Counted from the first letter of the whole stretch, positions 1-11,807 are shown. The stretch: DNA of 63,859 nucleotides, filler included, from Octopus bimaculoides (GCF_001194135.2; 6 parts of 5 records of this genome joined end to end with filler, not necessarily neighbours in it), one strand, 5' to 3'. Numbers and translations: made by a program. The notes: a model not told the origin generated them from the sequence alone.

Positions 1-1031
1 ATATATATATATATATAATGTGTGTGTGTGCATACATAAGTGTATAGATAAGTGTAAGTACATATATGTATGTATATAGTTATAGATTTCCTCCAGTCAC
101 AAGATTATTAATTTACGATTCATTTTGCTCAAGAACATGATACACCGTCCAGTCCGGGAATCGAAACCACGATTTTGTGGTCGCAACTCACTAACTACTA
201 GGTCACGCGCCTTCACCTCATATACATACAAACACACGCACATATATATCTATATTTATATATATATATATTAATGGTTTCTTATTAGGAAACCAATAGA
301 TTTTATACAGGACTTTAAGGCGAAGTGCTCAGAATAATGGAGACAAGAGTAAAAATATTAGTTATAGAATAAAAACACTGGGTTAACGACTCAACATATC
401 ACACCCTCTCAATGAACATGTATAAGAAATACAACATAATCCGTCAAACATAAGGAATAAGAAGGTATAACGCAAGAAAAATAATGCAAGAGGAAATAAT
501 AAATAATAGCATATATAATATAGAATTTTATACACGAATATATTGTTTCAACCGATAACATACAACTGAAAAAAATTGACTTAAAGGTATAATACAATAC
601 ACGTAAATATCATTTCATAGAAATTAAAATTAATACGAATAAAAGGAATAAAAATTTCAAATATATAATATAAGTCGATATAGAATAAAGTAAAATAAAA
701 TAAAATAAAGAAATGAGGTACCATAAAGTATTCCATCGGTTGAAAATCAAGGACAGAAGTAATTTAACACTATTTAGAGTTAAAGGTCAAAGTTCTTCAT
801 CTCCCTCGGGCACATTTTACAACTCAAAACCAGTAGATACCAATAGGCAAGTCCGCACCAGTTTGGTATATACAAGAGGGAACAACAGGCACGCAAGCAG
901 GTATCAGCAGATAAAACATGTAAAATTTAATTCCACTTACCATGTCCAAAAAAGGTTCACAACACACGAGTCAAAAACAATTACAGCACACCGCAGGTAT
1001 CAATCAGTAAAAACAATTTCACGAAAACCAC

Positions 1032-1130
1032 GTACAACACTTATGGCGATTTCGGAGGTACACCACTGTATTTCAAAACACAATAGAGTGTAAACTGGTG
1101 ATGACCCCTCGTCAGGGTAAACTCACGTAC
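1032..1130 (-). ncRNA. Type I hammerhead ribozyme with extended stem II, in the PLE pLTR
   Basis: Minus strand: TACC-CTGACGA-GGGGT CATCAC...GTGGTG T ACCTCC-GAAA-T CGCC A TA|AGTG; stems I to III can be drawn; carries one stem II deletion and one stem I mismatch. Confidence 0.7.
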
Positions 1131-1359
1131 AAAGTCACGACATGCGCAAATGGAGAAATGGAAAAAGGATTTTTATGAAAGAGCAAATATATATAAACAA
1201 TATGGACTAGCCTTAGACAAGCCTATGCAAATGATGGGAAGATTAAAAGAAAAAAAGGGGAAAAAAATGCTATTTTAGAATAGCCAAACAGGCTGCAGTA
1301 TCAAAACCAATCTTCGAGGTTTCAATTCACCCTAACGTAAACTATTACACTTGTTATTA

Positions 1360-1985
1360 TCTATTGCTTTTAAATTTATTTTTATCTCTATACAGTTTCA
1401 AGAAGGTGGAGGAAAACTTATGGTTGCAGAAGGGGACTACCTCGGTGAACTTATTCAGGGTTTTTGGTACAAAAGACCTGAGTATCGCAAGAGATTCCCT
1501 AATACATAAAGAACATTTGCTAATATTTGCCTTAAACTATGGGGCCCTCGCTATAATAGACCATTCAAGAGAGTACTTTATCTTCTTCTTCTTGAGGTCA
1601 TGTAGATAAGAGGCGAGTATGGTAGAGTTACTGTATTTTTCCATTGAAAACGAACTCATATGCGCTCTATATCTAGCCTTAAAGTTCTTCGTGCTTCCTA
1701 TATAGAACCTATCTAGTCTGTTCTCGTCCCTGACGGTGCATTTATATATCACGTTTGTACATAGACAGAGCCCTCCCAAAGGACATAATAGAGGGTCTCT
1801 ACAATTACATAATTTATCTTGGCTACCCCTAAATTTATTTCGAGCGCCAGTAACAGCCCTTGCTAGTCTATCCTTATCCATAGCTCTACTCCTCCCATTC
1901 CCGGGTTTCGGCACAATCAGAGGGAATGGAGAGCACGTCCCACTATCATTGTGTGGCTCACAACTTGTTTTATCAGAACCTAAAG
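1360..1985 (-). pseudogene. GIY-YIG endonuclease domain of the PLE, with one premature TAG at 1537-1539
   Basis: VIY...YIG motif, catalytic-type R and E, flanking Cys/His motifs; the second copy has TAC (Tyr) at the TAG position. Confidence 0.85.
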
Positions 1986-2110
1986 CAATAGATAATAACA
2001 AGTGTAATAGTTTGCGTTAGGGTGAATTGGAACCTCGAAGATTGGTTTTGATACTACAGCCTGTTTTGCTATTCTAAAATAGCATTTTCCCCCCATTTTT
2101 TTTTAATCTT
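1986..2110 (+). repeat. Short inverted copy of the PLE 3' end (inverted pLTR)
   Basis: Near-exact reverse complement of about 1260-1375, joined head-to-head to the truncated ORF; the typical PLE inverted-pLTR arrangement. Confidence 0.75.
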
Positions 2111-2238
2111 TCCATTTTTTCCCATTTTGTGCATGTGTAATTCTTTTTGAATTTTGGATATTGTTACCTCACAAGTGGAGTATTTAATTTGATTTTGATT
2201 GTTGTACTGTGTTTTGTTAATTTTATCGTTAATTTTTG

Positions 2239-2910
2239 GAAAAATTATNNNNNNNNNNGTCTTAATAAAAAGAGACCGGGTTCCTGAAGTAAAGTTTGTT
2301 TTTATTGATCCAGAAGGCAAGCTGGTCGTCCTGGATTTGACGTTCAGTTGTAAGACAGTCAGGTTGGTCGGAATTTATGCACCCAATTCATTTGGTTTAC
2401 AGAATCAATATTTCCGTGACCTCGGGAAATTCCTTTCTACGTCGCACTCTTTAGTCGTGTTAGGTGACTTCAACGCAGTTGACGATGCGCGTGTTGATTG
2501 TGTTGGCTCGCAGACAAACAGAACAGCGAATCCTGGCTTTCGGGATCTGCTCAGCTACTTTCAGCTGGTAGACCCGTATAGACTGGAACACCCAAAAGCT
2601 CCACTGTGGACGTGGTCAAGTAGCGATGGGTCTTCTAGGTCTTATTTAGATAGGATTTTGATAAGAAAAGTAGATAAAGATATAGTTAAGTGTCCACAGT
2701 TTTACCCAGTCAGCTACAGTGACCACAAGATGGTCACAAACGAGCTGACTGTAGATAAGATGTATAGACAGGGATCTGGCTACTGGAAACTCAACAAGTC
2801 CTTATTGGCGAACGAGGAGTACAGAAAGCGGATCAAGTTAATAATTCAAAGGGCTTTAACAAGTACCATCATTAATAATAAATGGTGGTACGCCCATAAG
2901 CGAGCCATAA
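2239..2910 (+). mobile_element. L1/Tx1-like LINE ORF2 fragment, AP endonuclease domain
   Basis: Motifs IYAPN, GDFN, TW, SYLDR, YSDH and GYWKLN in an open frame. Confidence 0.9.
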
Positions 2911-3296
2911 AATAACTCTTGCCACACTCGCCTCTTATCTACATGACCTCAAGAAGAAAAAGATAAAGTACTCTCTTGAATGGTCTATTATAGCGAGGGC
3001 CCCATACTTTAAGGCAAATATTAGCAAATGTTCTTTATGTATTAGGGAATCTCTTGCGATACTCAGGTCTTTTGGACCAAACATCCTGAATAAGTTCACC
3101 GAGGTAGTCCCCTTCTGCAACCATACGTTTTCCTCCACATGCTTGAAACTGTATAGAGATAAAAATAAATTTAAAAGCAATAAATAATAACAAGTGTAAT
3201 AGTTTGCGTTAGGGTGAATTGAAACCTCGAAGATTGGTTTTGATACTGCAGCCTGTTTGGCTATTCTAAAATAGCATTTTTTTTCCCTTTTTTTTT
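2910..3296 (+). mobile_element. Second PLE copy (C-terminus of GIY-YIG plus 3' UTR), inverted relative to the first
   Basis: Reverse complement of about 1258-1640 with scattered substitutions; APYFKANISKCSLCIRE...CNH intact; runs into an N gap. Confidence 0.85.
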
Positions 3297-3574
3297 NNNN
3301 NNNNNNNNNNNNNNNNNNNNNNNNNNNNNNNNNNNNNNNNNNNNNNNNNNNNNNNNNNNNNNNNNNNNNNNNNNNNNNNNNNNNNNNNNNNNNNNNNNNN
3401 NNNNNNNNNNNNNNNNNNNNNNNNNNNNNNNNNNNNNNNNNNNNNNNNNNNNNNNNNNNNNNNNNNNNNNNNNNNNNNNNNNNNNNNNNNNNNNNNNNNN
3501 NNNNNNNNNNNNNNNNNNNNNNNNNNNNNNNNNNNNNNNNNNNNNNNNNNNNNNNNNNNNNNNNNNNNNNNNNN

Positions 3575-4657
3575 GAGACATTTTAAATATTTGAAGAAAG
3601 GAGACTGTCTGCGGGTTAACCCACCCAAAGAAATACTGGAGGAAGCCGAGAGAAAAATTATTTCATATAAAATGTTGAATATTGGCTCCAAGAAAATCGA
3701 GACTGCGGAGACAGAAGTGATTGAGAATTGTTTGAAAGAAATTACGGAGGAAGTGGTACTATTTCTGAGAGGAAAGAAATACGGAACAGTGAAGGTTTAT
3801 TTCAAGACGGAGGAAGGAGCAAAGAAGTACTCTACCATGCCTTTGAGAACGGAAGAGTGGGCCCTTTTACCAGTATATTGCGGTAGAAGGGCGGCGAGAG
3901 TGAGAATTGGTAGAGTACCACTAGAAATAGATATGGAATGGTTGGTAGCAGCGGTGATTTATAAATGTAGAGACGAGGTGAAAATTATTAAAGTGGAAAG
4001 GTCAAAAGAAATCAAATGGTTTTGGGGTAGAAATTCTAACCCACATTACCCTACCGGACCTACATAACATCGCAGAGGAACTAGGGCTCCCCGATTACAC
4101 TCGACCTCGGATCGTGGTGGAGGGCAAGGCAACCCGTATGCTACAAATGCGGAAGTAGAGGACACATGCAAGCGGTGTGTCCTCGAAGAGTGATAATTGT
4201 AGAAGAAAACGAAGTAGAAGAAACAGAGGTCTGTGAGGAGGAAATGGGGGAGACCGAACAGGAAGAGGTAGAAGAAAAGCAGGAAGAGACCGAGGAGCAT
4301 GGAGAAAAAATACGTATGCGGACTGAATCGCCACCAAAGTCCCAAAAAGGAAAGAAAGGGGGAAAGAAAAAAAAGATGATGGAAGATGGAAATTATAGCG
4401 AGGAACAGAACGTAACTAAGATCAGAACCCAAGACACAAAGCAGGAAAAACATTTGACAAGATAGGAGAAGTGGGTAAATTGGTGAACTGCGATGATGGA
4501 ACAGAAGGAAAAGGCGAAGTCAGAAGGAAAGATAATCTGAAAGGCAGATTTTAAAAATACTAGAACAATACTTTTCTACAGTAAGGATTTAGAAACGGAA
4601 AAAACGATAGCCAAAATAAAAGGATTGGTACGGCTGAAATTAGAACCCGGAACATTN
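3575..4657 (+). mobile_element. LINE ORF1 (gag-like, probably Tx1 type), frameshifted, with a CCHC zinc knuckle and acidic tail
   Basis: ORF 3591-4067 followed, in another frame, by CYKCGSRGHMQAVC (CX2CX4HX4C, 4139-4180) and a Glu/Lys-rich region. Confidence 0.7.
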
Positions 4658-4667
4658 NNNNNNNNNT

Positions 4668-4811
4668 CGTAAGCCATTCCATCATGTTGTAAGTTACTCA
4701 TTTCATTTCATCATTCGCTTTATGTACCCCACGTTTTGTATTGTATTGTCTGTCCTTGTAATTTCTCCCCTCTTTGTAATGAGGCCTTCGTGCCTATAAT
4801 AAAGATTTCAT
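4668..4811 (+). mobile_element. LINE 3' UTR/tail
   Basis: T-rich UTR, tgtctgtccttgt...tcccctct motif, AATAAA, ending in ttcatc; the same tail occurs at 41474-41540 (-). Confidence 0.55.
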
Positions 4812-5658
4812 CAGTTTACACTCTATTGTGTTTTGAAATACAGTGATGTACCTCCGAAATGACCATAGGTGTTGTACGTGGTTTTCGTGAAATTGTTTTT
4901 ACTGATTGATACCTGCGGTGTGCTGTAATTGTTTTTGACTCTTGTTTCTGTTAATTCATCCGTTTTCATCTGACCCCAAATCAGGTTGTATCGTCCCCTC
5001 TATGTCGCCCCTTGTGGGTAATAAAAAATTGTGACTCATGTGTTGTGAATCTTTTTTGGACATGGTGAGCGGAATTAAATTTTACATGTTTTACCTGTTG
5101 ATACCTGCTTGGGTGCCTGTTGTTCACTCTTGTATGTACCAAACTGGCGCGGACTTGCCTATTGGTATCTACTGGTTTTGAGTTGTGAAATGTGCCCGAG
5201 GGAGTTGAAGAACTTTGAACTTTAATTCTAAATGGTGTTAAATCAATTCTGTCCTTGATTTTCAACCGATGGACTACTTTATGGTACCTCATTTCTTTAT
5301 TTTATTTTACTTTATTCTATATCGACTTATATTATATCATACTATTATATTATATATTTGAAATTTTTATTCCTTTTATTCGTATTAATTTTAACTTCTA
5401 TGAAATGATATTTACCTGTATTGTATTATACCTTTGACTCAATTTTTTTCACTTGTATGTTATCGGTTAAAACAATATATTCGTGTATAAAATTTTATAC
5501 TATATATGCTATTATTTATTATTTCCTCTTGCGTTATTTTTCTTGCGTTATATCTTCTTATTCCTTATGTTTGACGGATTATGTTGTATTTCTTATATAT
5601 GTTCATTGAGGGGGTGTGATATGTTGAGTCGTTAACCCAGTGTTTTTATTCTATAACT
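4812..5658 (+). mobile_element. Distal pLTR of the second PLE copy, including the 3' half of the hammerhead (4843-4877)
   Basis: Reverse complement of about 358-1097; GTGATG-T-ACCTCC-GAAA-T-GACC-ATA|GGTG; carries a ~95-bp insert (about 4940-5035) flanked by tgactc; ends in (TA)n. Confidence 0.85.
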
Positions 5659-5930
5659 GATATATATATATATATATACATATATATAAGTTGCCCTATA
5701 TATCTATATTCTTAGTAATATCTTTAAGGTGGATGGCTAAACCGCAACAAGTCGTACGGGACTTTTTCTATACGGGACTATTTATGACACACACTGAATT
5801 AAATTCATTGGAGTAAGAGATTTTAAACTCACTGGCCGATAAATTTCTTAGTGTCTGCCTCACGTGGTCTTGATGTCGCATGGTCAAAATTAACGTGAGT
5901 TATTTAGACATTGGCAAATTTATTAGAATA

Positions 5931-5990
5931 TTGTGGCTGAAGATCGGAATGGGGGAATTCATACCCTTAATCGTGAAACGTCGTACCAAA
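5931..5990 (+). ncRNA. Degenerate minimal type I hammerhead ribozyme (PLE type)
   Basis: TGG-CTGAAGA-[imperfect stem II]-GAAAC-GTC-GTA|CCA; stem I TGG/CCA, two-pair stem III, GUA cleavage triplet. Confidence 0.55.
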
Positions 5991-7739
5991 TTAACTAAAG
6001 GCAGGTTTGTTTTTTACTCTTCTCTTCTGTTTTTTGTTCTGTGTGTACCATAAATATCGCTATCCATTAGAGAAAAATTTGTAGTTTTGGAATCAGTAGT
6101 TCTTTAGCTGCTATTTCCGAATTCTCAGTATGTTGGAGAAGCAGGCTACTGCTAATCCCTATATATTTATGATATATATATATATATTAGATATAGACGG
6201 ACACAGAAACACAGACACTCCCATCTCCACACTCTCACACACTATATCATCTAAGGCTCACTTTTCTGGAAGTAGGACAACACTGCTGACTGGCCTACTA
6301 TAAAAGAAGTATTACACTGATAAAAAAATAGTAAGGGGCTACTTCTAAAAGTTGTGATATACTGCGTGGAATATCATCAAGCAAGTAGGAAGCATTAGAG
6401 CAAATGCTCCAATATATCTATAAACGAAGAGTCGTTTAACTGTTTTGCAGGAAGCTTTAAGTAGAAGTGATTTCATAGACAAAATACTGTACATACCAAT
6501 CAGAATAGTTTTGCCATCCTAATACGAGTAACATCAGATTAAATTAGATTATTTGGTATTGTCCGCAATTTAGTCTGAAAGTCAGTCCAATATTGCTTGG
6601 CCTTTCTTATATCAAGTAAGTAGGCATTTTCTCACTAAACTATAACCATCGCACATCTTCGATAAGAATAATACGATAAGTTACAATTGTTCCGATAGTT
6701 TTGTTACTTTTTTGTTAGATTCAGTGGGAACAAAATAATGCACAAAATTAAAAAGTGACAAAAAATTTTCTTGCACAATATAATTGCTTCGTTAGTGACA
6801 CCATTCCACTGAACGGTAATGCCGTCATCAAAATGTAAATATAAAATACTACCGAAGTTTCATCGAGAACATTTTAAAATCTTGATATAATAAAAAAAAA
6901 ACTTTTTCATTCAGAGCTGATCATAAAAGTGGCGGAACACTACTCTCCAAATACATCTGGGACTTGATTGTCAGAGGCCTTCATCAGTAGTCGGCTACCA
7001 TTCCTTTTCAGCTGAGTAGATTGGAACAGCGGGAAATGATGTGCCTTGTTCAAGCCACAATGCACCGCCCGATTCAAGATTCGAGCCTATAACACTGATC
7101 TTGAACCCCAAATCCCTAACTGCTAGGCCATACACACATTGACTTTTGTGGCGGTTAGCTGGTGATCACGCCAATAGTCATCAGAGCCTGTTATGGTTCT
7201 GGTAAACGCGTGATCTGTGGCTCTGGTGATAACATAATCGGCTATATGCTAATGTTTCGATCCCGAGTACATTCAAGTTGTTTTGTATTTTTCTTTCAAT
7301 TTAACTGGATGCTAGTCAGACAAGATTCTTCTGAGCACAACAAAAATCCATTAACATAAGACCACTTGGGTTAATGTTGCCAGCTAATTCTTTCCAGTAC
7401 ATTATTCTAAAGCTGACACCGTTTTCAGCTCTTACATTTAAGTTACTCATTAAGTACAGTTTGTCTGTCTGGGTACCAAATGAATAAGACTCAAAAGTTC
7501 TTAAATGAAACTTCCCCACATGTAGAACTAAGGGCTATTTACGATGGAGGTGTCTTCAATCGAAACAGATTGTTGTGAAACAATGAAGTATCAACGTACA
7601 CTATTTCAAAAACGCACTGTGCCGGAGACAATGATGTATCCAGTCATCATTAAATCCACGTCTAACAAATAAAGTGACTCTTGGGTCTCAGGATATGAAG
7701 ATTACAGCCTAAAAGGTTATAACTCGTTCCAGTCTCACT

Positions 7740-8230
7740 CAAAGTCCACCTCAAAACATCGAAATAGACATCAACAGCAACCCAATCGAAGAGGTTAACT
7801 GATTTCCATACCTTGGTTATATCGTCTCTTCCTATGTGACTGTGGACAAGGGGATCAACATCAGGATACGTGCAGCTCATGTTGTGAATGGAAAACTTTT
7901 TCAAAAAGTCTTTAAGAATCAGAGTGAAAGCTGTTGCCAAGTTGTCTGTATACCGATCAGTAGTTATCAAATAACGACTTTATATTTGTTGACTCACACC
8001 AAAGAGCTTGAACTTTTCCACCAATAAAAACTTCACTCATATATGTCCTTAGAACAACCAGAAACTAAAAACCTCGAGGTGATGATCAGCAGTTATCAAC
8101 TGCTTAGGATTGGCCATGTTCAAAGGATGGACAATGAATAAGTACGAAAATCAATTCTTTATTTTGATCTCGTAGCAGGAAAATGTCATAATTGAAGTTT
8201 ACAACTGAGGTTCAAAAATGTTTTGAAACA
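7740..8230 (+). mobile_element. Decayed RTE-clade LINE ORF2 remnant
   Basis: IEEVN*FPYLG and RIGHVQRMDN motifs across frameshifts. Confidence 0.55.
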
Positions 8231-8576
8231 GAAACCCACACTTCGTGGAATCCAGTAAAAGCCGCCCAGACGGTCACAGAGAACAGAAAGCAACGACGGA
8301 ATCTTTGCTATCTTGGCTACTATTTGAGCGGAACAGAAAAGGCAAAGCGTACCAAAAGCAGCATATCAGAAACAGAAAGCTGGTCGCGACTGGCGAAAGT
8401 ATCTCAGTGATCCCGTACAGGAAATGTCATCAAAAGTTTCAAGCAAATCGGGTTTCCATAGTCATTTAAGGTCTCATGTTAGAAGATGGCGGAATAAAAT
8501 TGAAGTGGGTGAGACTAACAAAATCGAGTATGTCCAATACGACAATGACTATACACACACACATTAAAAACACATC

Positions 8577-8617
<41 letters not shown>

Positions 8618-9818
8618 TGACGCGTGCGTGCACACACATACACACACACACACACACATTAGAAAAACATGTGTAACCGTGCAAGAACCGTTATACCATC
8701 CATGTTTTATTATTGTTTTATTATTGGGTGTCTCTACGAGTCGCAATTATTTTATATGTTGTACTTACCGCATTTATATCTGTTGCCATTACTCATATAT
8801 ATTTTATATATTTTTGATTTACATATATTTTTTCAGATATTTTTTCATTTATTATTCGCCTGTTTTGTTTTTTTGCATTTATCATATTTCTCATATTTGC
8901 TTTATTATTTTCTTATGTTTAATTCGAATGTGGATGTATAAATGTGCGTATATTTGTATGTATATGTAAATATTTGTTTATGTATTCGACTACGAGTATA
9001 TATGCAAGTATGTGTAGGTTCGATGGTGTGCATATAATTATGTGAATATACTTCTTTGTGTGCGCATGTGTATGTATGGTTGAGTGAGAGGGTGTATGCG
9101 CGTGTGTACGTGTGTGTCTAAGAATATGTATGTATAAATATTGTTTAGACATGTAATTACTAATATTTAATCATCGGTGCTGATATGGCTCCAAAAGGAT
9201 ATGTATGCACATACGTATGTATACACACACACGTGGTAGTTGTCTACTCATGTAGTCTGACCACCTGCATGGCGTCTAATGTGGCTTTTTAAACCGGACA
9301 ATGTATTGAAAAGACGCCCACATAGATTGCATATCTGATTTGGACCACTACAAGAGTTCAAGTCGAACAAATCGACCCTTGTCCTTACATTATTTTTTAA
9401 AGTCTGGAACTTATTCTATCGTCGGTTTTTCTGAGCTGCTAAGTTACGGGGACGTAAACAAACTGACGCCGGCTGTCAACTGGTGGTGATGTTCACAAAG
9501 TCACACATCATCTATCTATCTATCTATCTCTGACGGATTACCACAGTTTATGTGTATCCAATTTACTTAAAGAAATTGGTCGACCCGAAGCTATTGAAAA
9601 AGACACTTAGCTAAAGTGCCACGCATTGGAACTGAACCCGGAACCCATGGTTGCTAAGCGGGCTTCTTAAACATGCAGTCATGTCGGCGTCTATGCGTAG
9701 CATGTATATTCTCAGTGCTTTTATCTAGGAGTCTCTGTTGACCATCTACGTACATCTGCATCTGCATGGTCCAGCCTAGGAAGGAAAGAAAGCAATTGAT
9801 TATGCATGCAAATCTTAC

Positions 9819-9905
9819 CTCTGCACGTCACCGTACTGCCCTAAGGGAAGTTTACCATTTTGGGGCCGATGCAACTCGGTATCTGTCTCGTCGCAGGCGT
9901 TGCTA
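9819..9905 (-). CDS. Candidate orphan internal exon, SNACDETDTELHRPQNGKLPLGQYGDVQ; product unknown
   Basis: tttgctttctag acceptor, gag|gtaaga donor; 87 nt symmetric (phase 2 to 2); only one frame open; GC-richer than flanks. Confidence 0.35.
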
Positions 9906-10511
9906 CTAGAAAGCAAATGGCTATAACAGATATTGTGGTTTTCATAAACAGCTAGATATATTCAGAGCAGAATTGGTAATATATAGCATATATAAAATAT
10001 ATTCTCAATGCTATCGTTAATATGTAAATATGTTTATGATAGCACTAGAAATATCTAGACTATATTCCCACTGCAATCATATATATTCAAACAAGTTCAT
10101 AGTAGTATTGGGAATATACAGATTACATAACATATTCTCAGCACAACCATAAACATTTTAATATTTCCAAATGTTTATCAAAAATATTGAAATATCTTAA
10201 CTTTTGGTACAAGGCAACACTTGTAAAAGGGAGAAGTATAAATTGATTTAATCGACCGTAATATAATAACAGGTTCATGTTTCAACAATCTAAGTAGGAT
10301 AAAAAGTAAAGTTGTCCCAAGAGGGACGAAATACGAGTTTACTCCCGATCAAATTTCAAATTCCACTGGGATCATCTTCGCCTTTTATTCATTTAGGGTT
10401 ATTAAAATAACATATCAGCAAGTAATGGGTTCGATATATTCTACAGGTCCTTCCTCGTCGATGCGTCTGAGCTTATGACCTATATTAGAAATCAATATTA
10501 ACATATACTGT

Positions 10512-10730
10512 AAGGCGGTAAGCTAGCAGAATCGTTAACACGCCGTAAAAAATGCTTAACGGTATTTCGCCCATCTTTACGTTCTGAGTTCAAATTCTGC
10601 CAAGTCCGACTTTATCTTCCATCTTTTCAAGGGTCGATAAAAGAAGTACCAGTTGAACCCTGGAGTCGATATAACCGACTTAGCTTCTCCCTCGAACTTG
10701 TTGGTCTTGTGCTAAAATTTGTAACCAATA
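10512..10730 (+). mobile_element. tRNA-derived SINE, family B (related copies at 17385-17600 +, 31885-32100 +, 38957-39182 -)
   Basis: Shared agctggcagaa...gagttcaaattc B-box head and the cctttcatcc...gtcgata...gtaccag core. Confidence 0.75.
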
Positions 10731-11503
10731 TTAATATCTACTGATCTTTCTAAGCCAAGACCATCTTTCAAAACCGTGAACATCGATATCTAACTTTAAA
10801 AAAGGGACCTGAACATTTTTAAAGGGATAAGAATATAGCTGACCGAATCGCTTCCTTTTATAGATGTTTTCGATCTAGTTTGGATTCTTTGCCATCAAAT
10901 TTGAATTCTTTGCAATCAAATTTGAATTTTTCAAAGGGACTTTGTAAGACAAGCTAAAACGCAGAAAACGGTCAACGGGCATGCGCTGAAGTGTTGCAAA
11001 CGATAGAAAGTAGGAGTCTTCATCCTCGAAAGAAAATTCGATGACCACAAATTGATTCGAAGCTAGTTTCTCGAAATTGGTGCTCAAGCCTTGAAAAAAA
11101 AAAGTTAAAGTACATCAGCCGTAAGGGAATACATGTCTATCTTATCTAACTCGTCCAGTAGAGGCCACTGTTACTCGAACTTCGATCTAATCCCGAACAT
11201 GGGACAACAAACTCGAGTTGGATAAACTCAAATAGTAAGCTCTTTGCTCTTTATAACCGTTTTATGAAGTCACTTTTTTCTTTAAAAATTGTTGAATTTG
11301 CATCTCCTCAAAGCGAACGGACTGGATCTTTTAAGGTCACTCTTGGGTAAAGTTTGAACAGAAAGCTCGAATAGCATAGTTCTCGAATGTAAACTCTGCA
11401 GCTATCAAGAACTTATGAGCATTACTTTTGCATAATACTATTACTAATAGCAATTCACCATACGTGGGCATAAAGGAAAAAATGAGCTCATACTAATCCT
11501 GAT

Positions 11504-11603
11504 NNNNNNNNNNNNNNNNNNNNNNNNNNNNNNNNNNNNNNNNNNNNTTAATTAATTAANNNNNNNNNNNNNNNNNNNNNNNNNNNNNNNNNNNNNNNNN
11601 NNN
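11504..11603. other. Artificial scaffold linker N44-TTAATTAATTAA-N44
   Basis: Exact 100-bp structure; the 12-mer places stops in all six frames; identical at four other sites. Confidence 0.95.
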
Positions 11604-11773
11604 ATATATGTATATATATATATGTGTATATATATATATACACACATATATATATATATATATGTATATATATATGTATATATATATATGTATATATATA
11701 TATACACACACATATATATATATATATGTATATATATATGTATATATATATATGTATATATATATATACACAC

Positions 11774-11807
<34 letters not shown>

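Larger units (their letters stand above)
270..1985 (-). mobile_element. Penelope-like retroelement (PLE), 5'-truncated: GIY-YIG endonuclease plus long 3' pLTR/UTR with a hammerhead; Naiad-like by inference
   Basis: Minus-strand frame CNCRDPLLCPLGGLCLCTNVIYKC...FYIGSTKNFKARYRAH...NSTILASYL...WSII; after one TAG it continues KCSLCIRE...LNKFTEVVPFCNH; hammerhead on the same strand; ends at (TA)n. Confidence 0.85.

Noticed and set aside
713-1093. Duplicated ORF MRYHKVFHRLKIKD... (also 4981-5292), and MYYTF... at 409-597 and 5421-5609
   Set aside because: Frames lying within the non-coding PLE pLTR; duplicated only because the repeat is duplicated
1537-1539. In-frame TAG in the GIY-YIG ORF as programmed readthrough or selenocysteine
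   Set aside because: It is TAG, not TGA, and the sister copy has TAC; simple point mutation
6930-6990. CTGATGAAGGCC on the minus strand as a hammerhead core
   Set aside because: No downstream GAAA or stem II partner; lies in a SINE tail
10875-11089. Minus-strand ORF with a 21-bp tandem duplication and a plausible acceptor
   Set aside because: No good donor, no recognisable homology, and not phase-linked to other candidates
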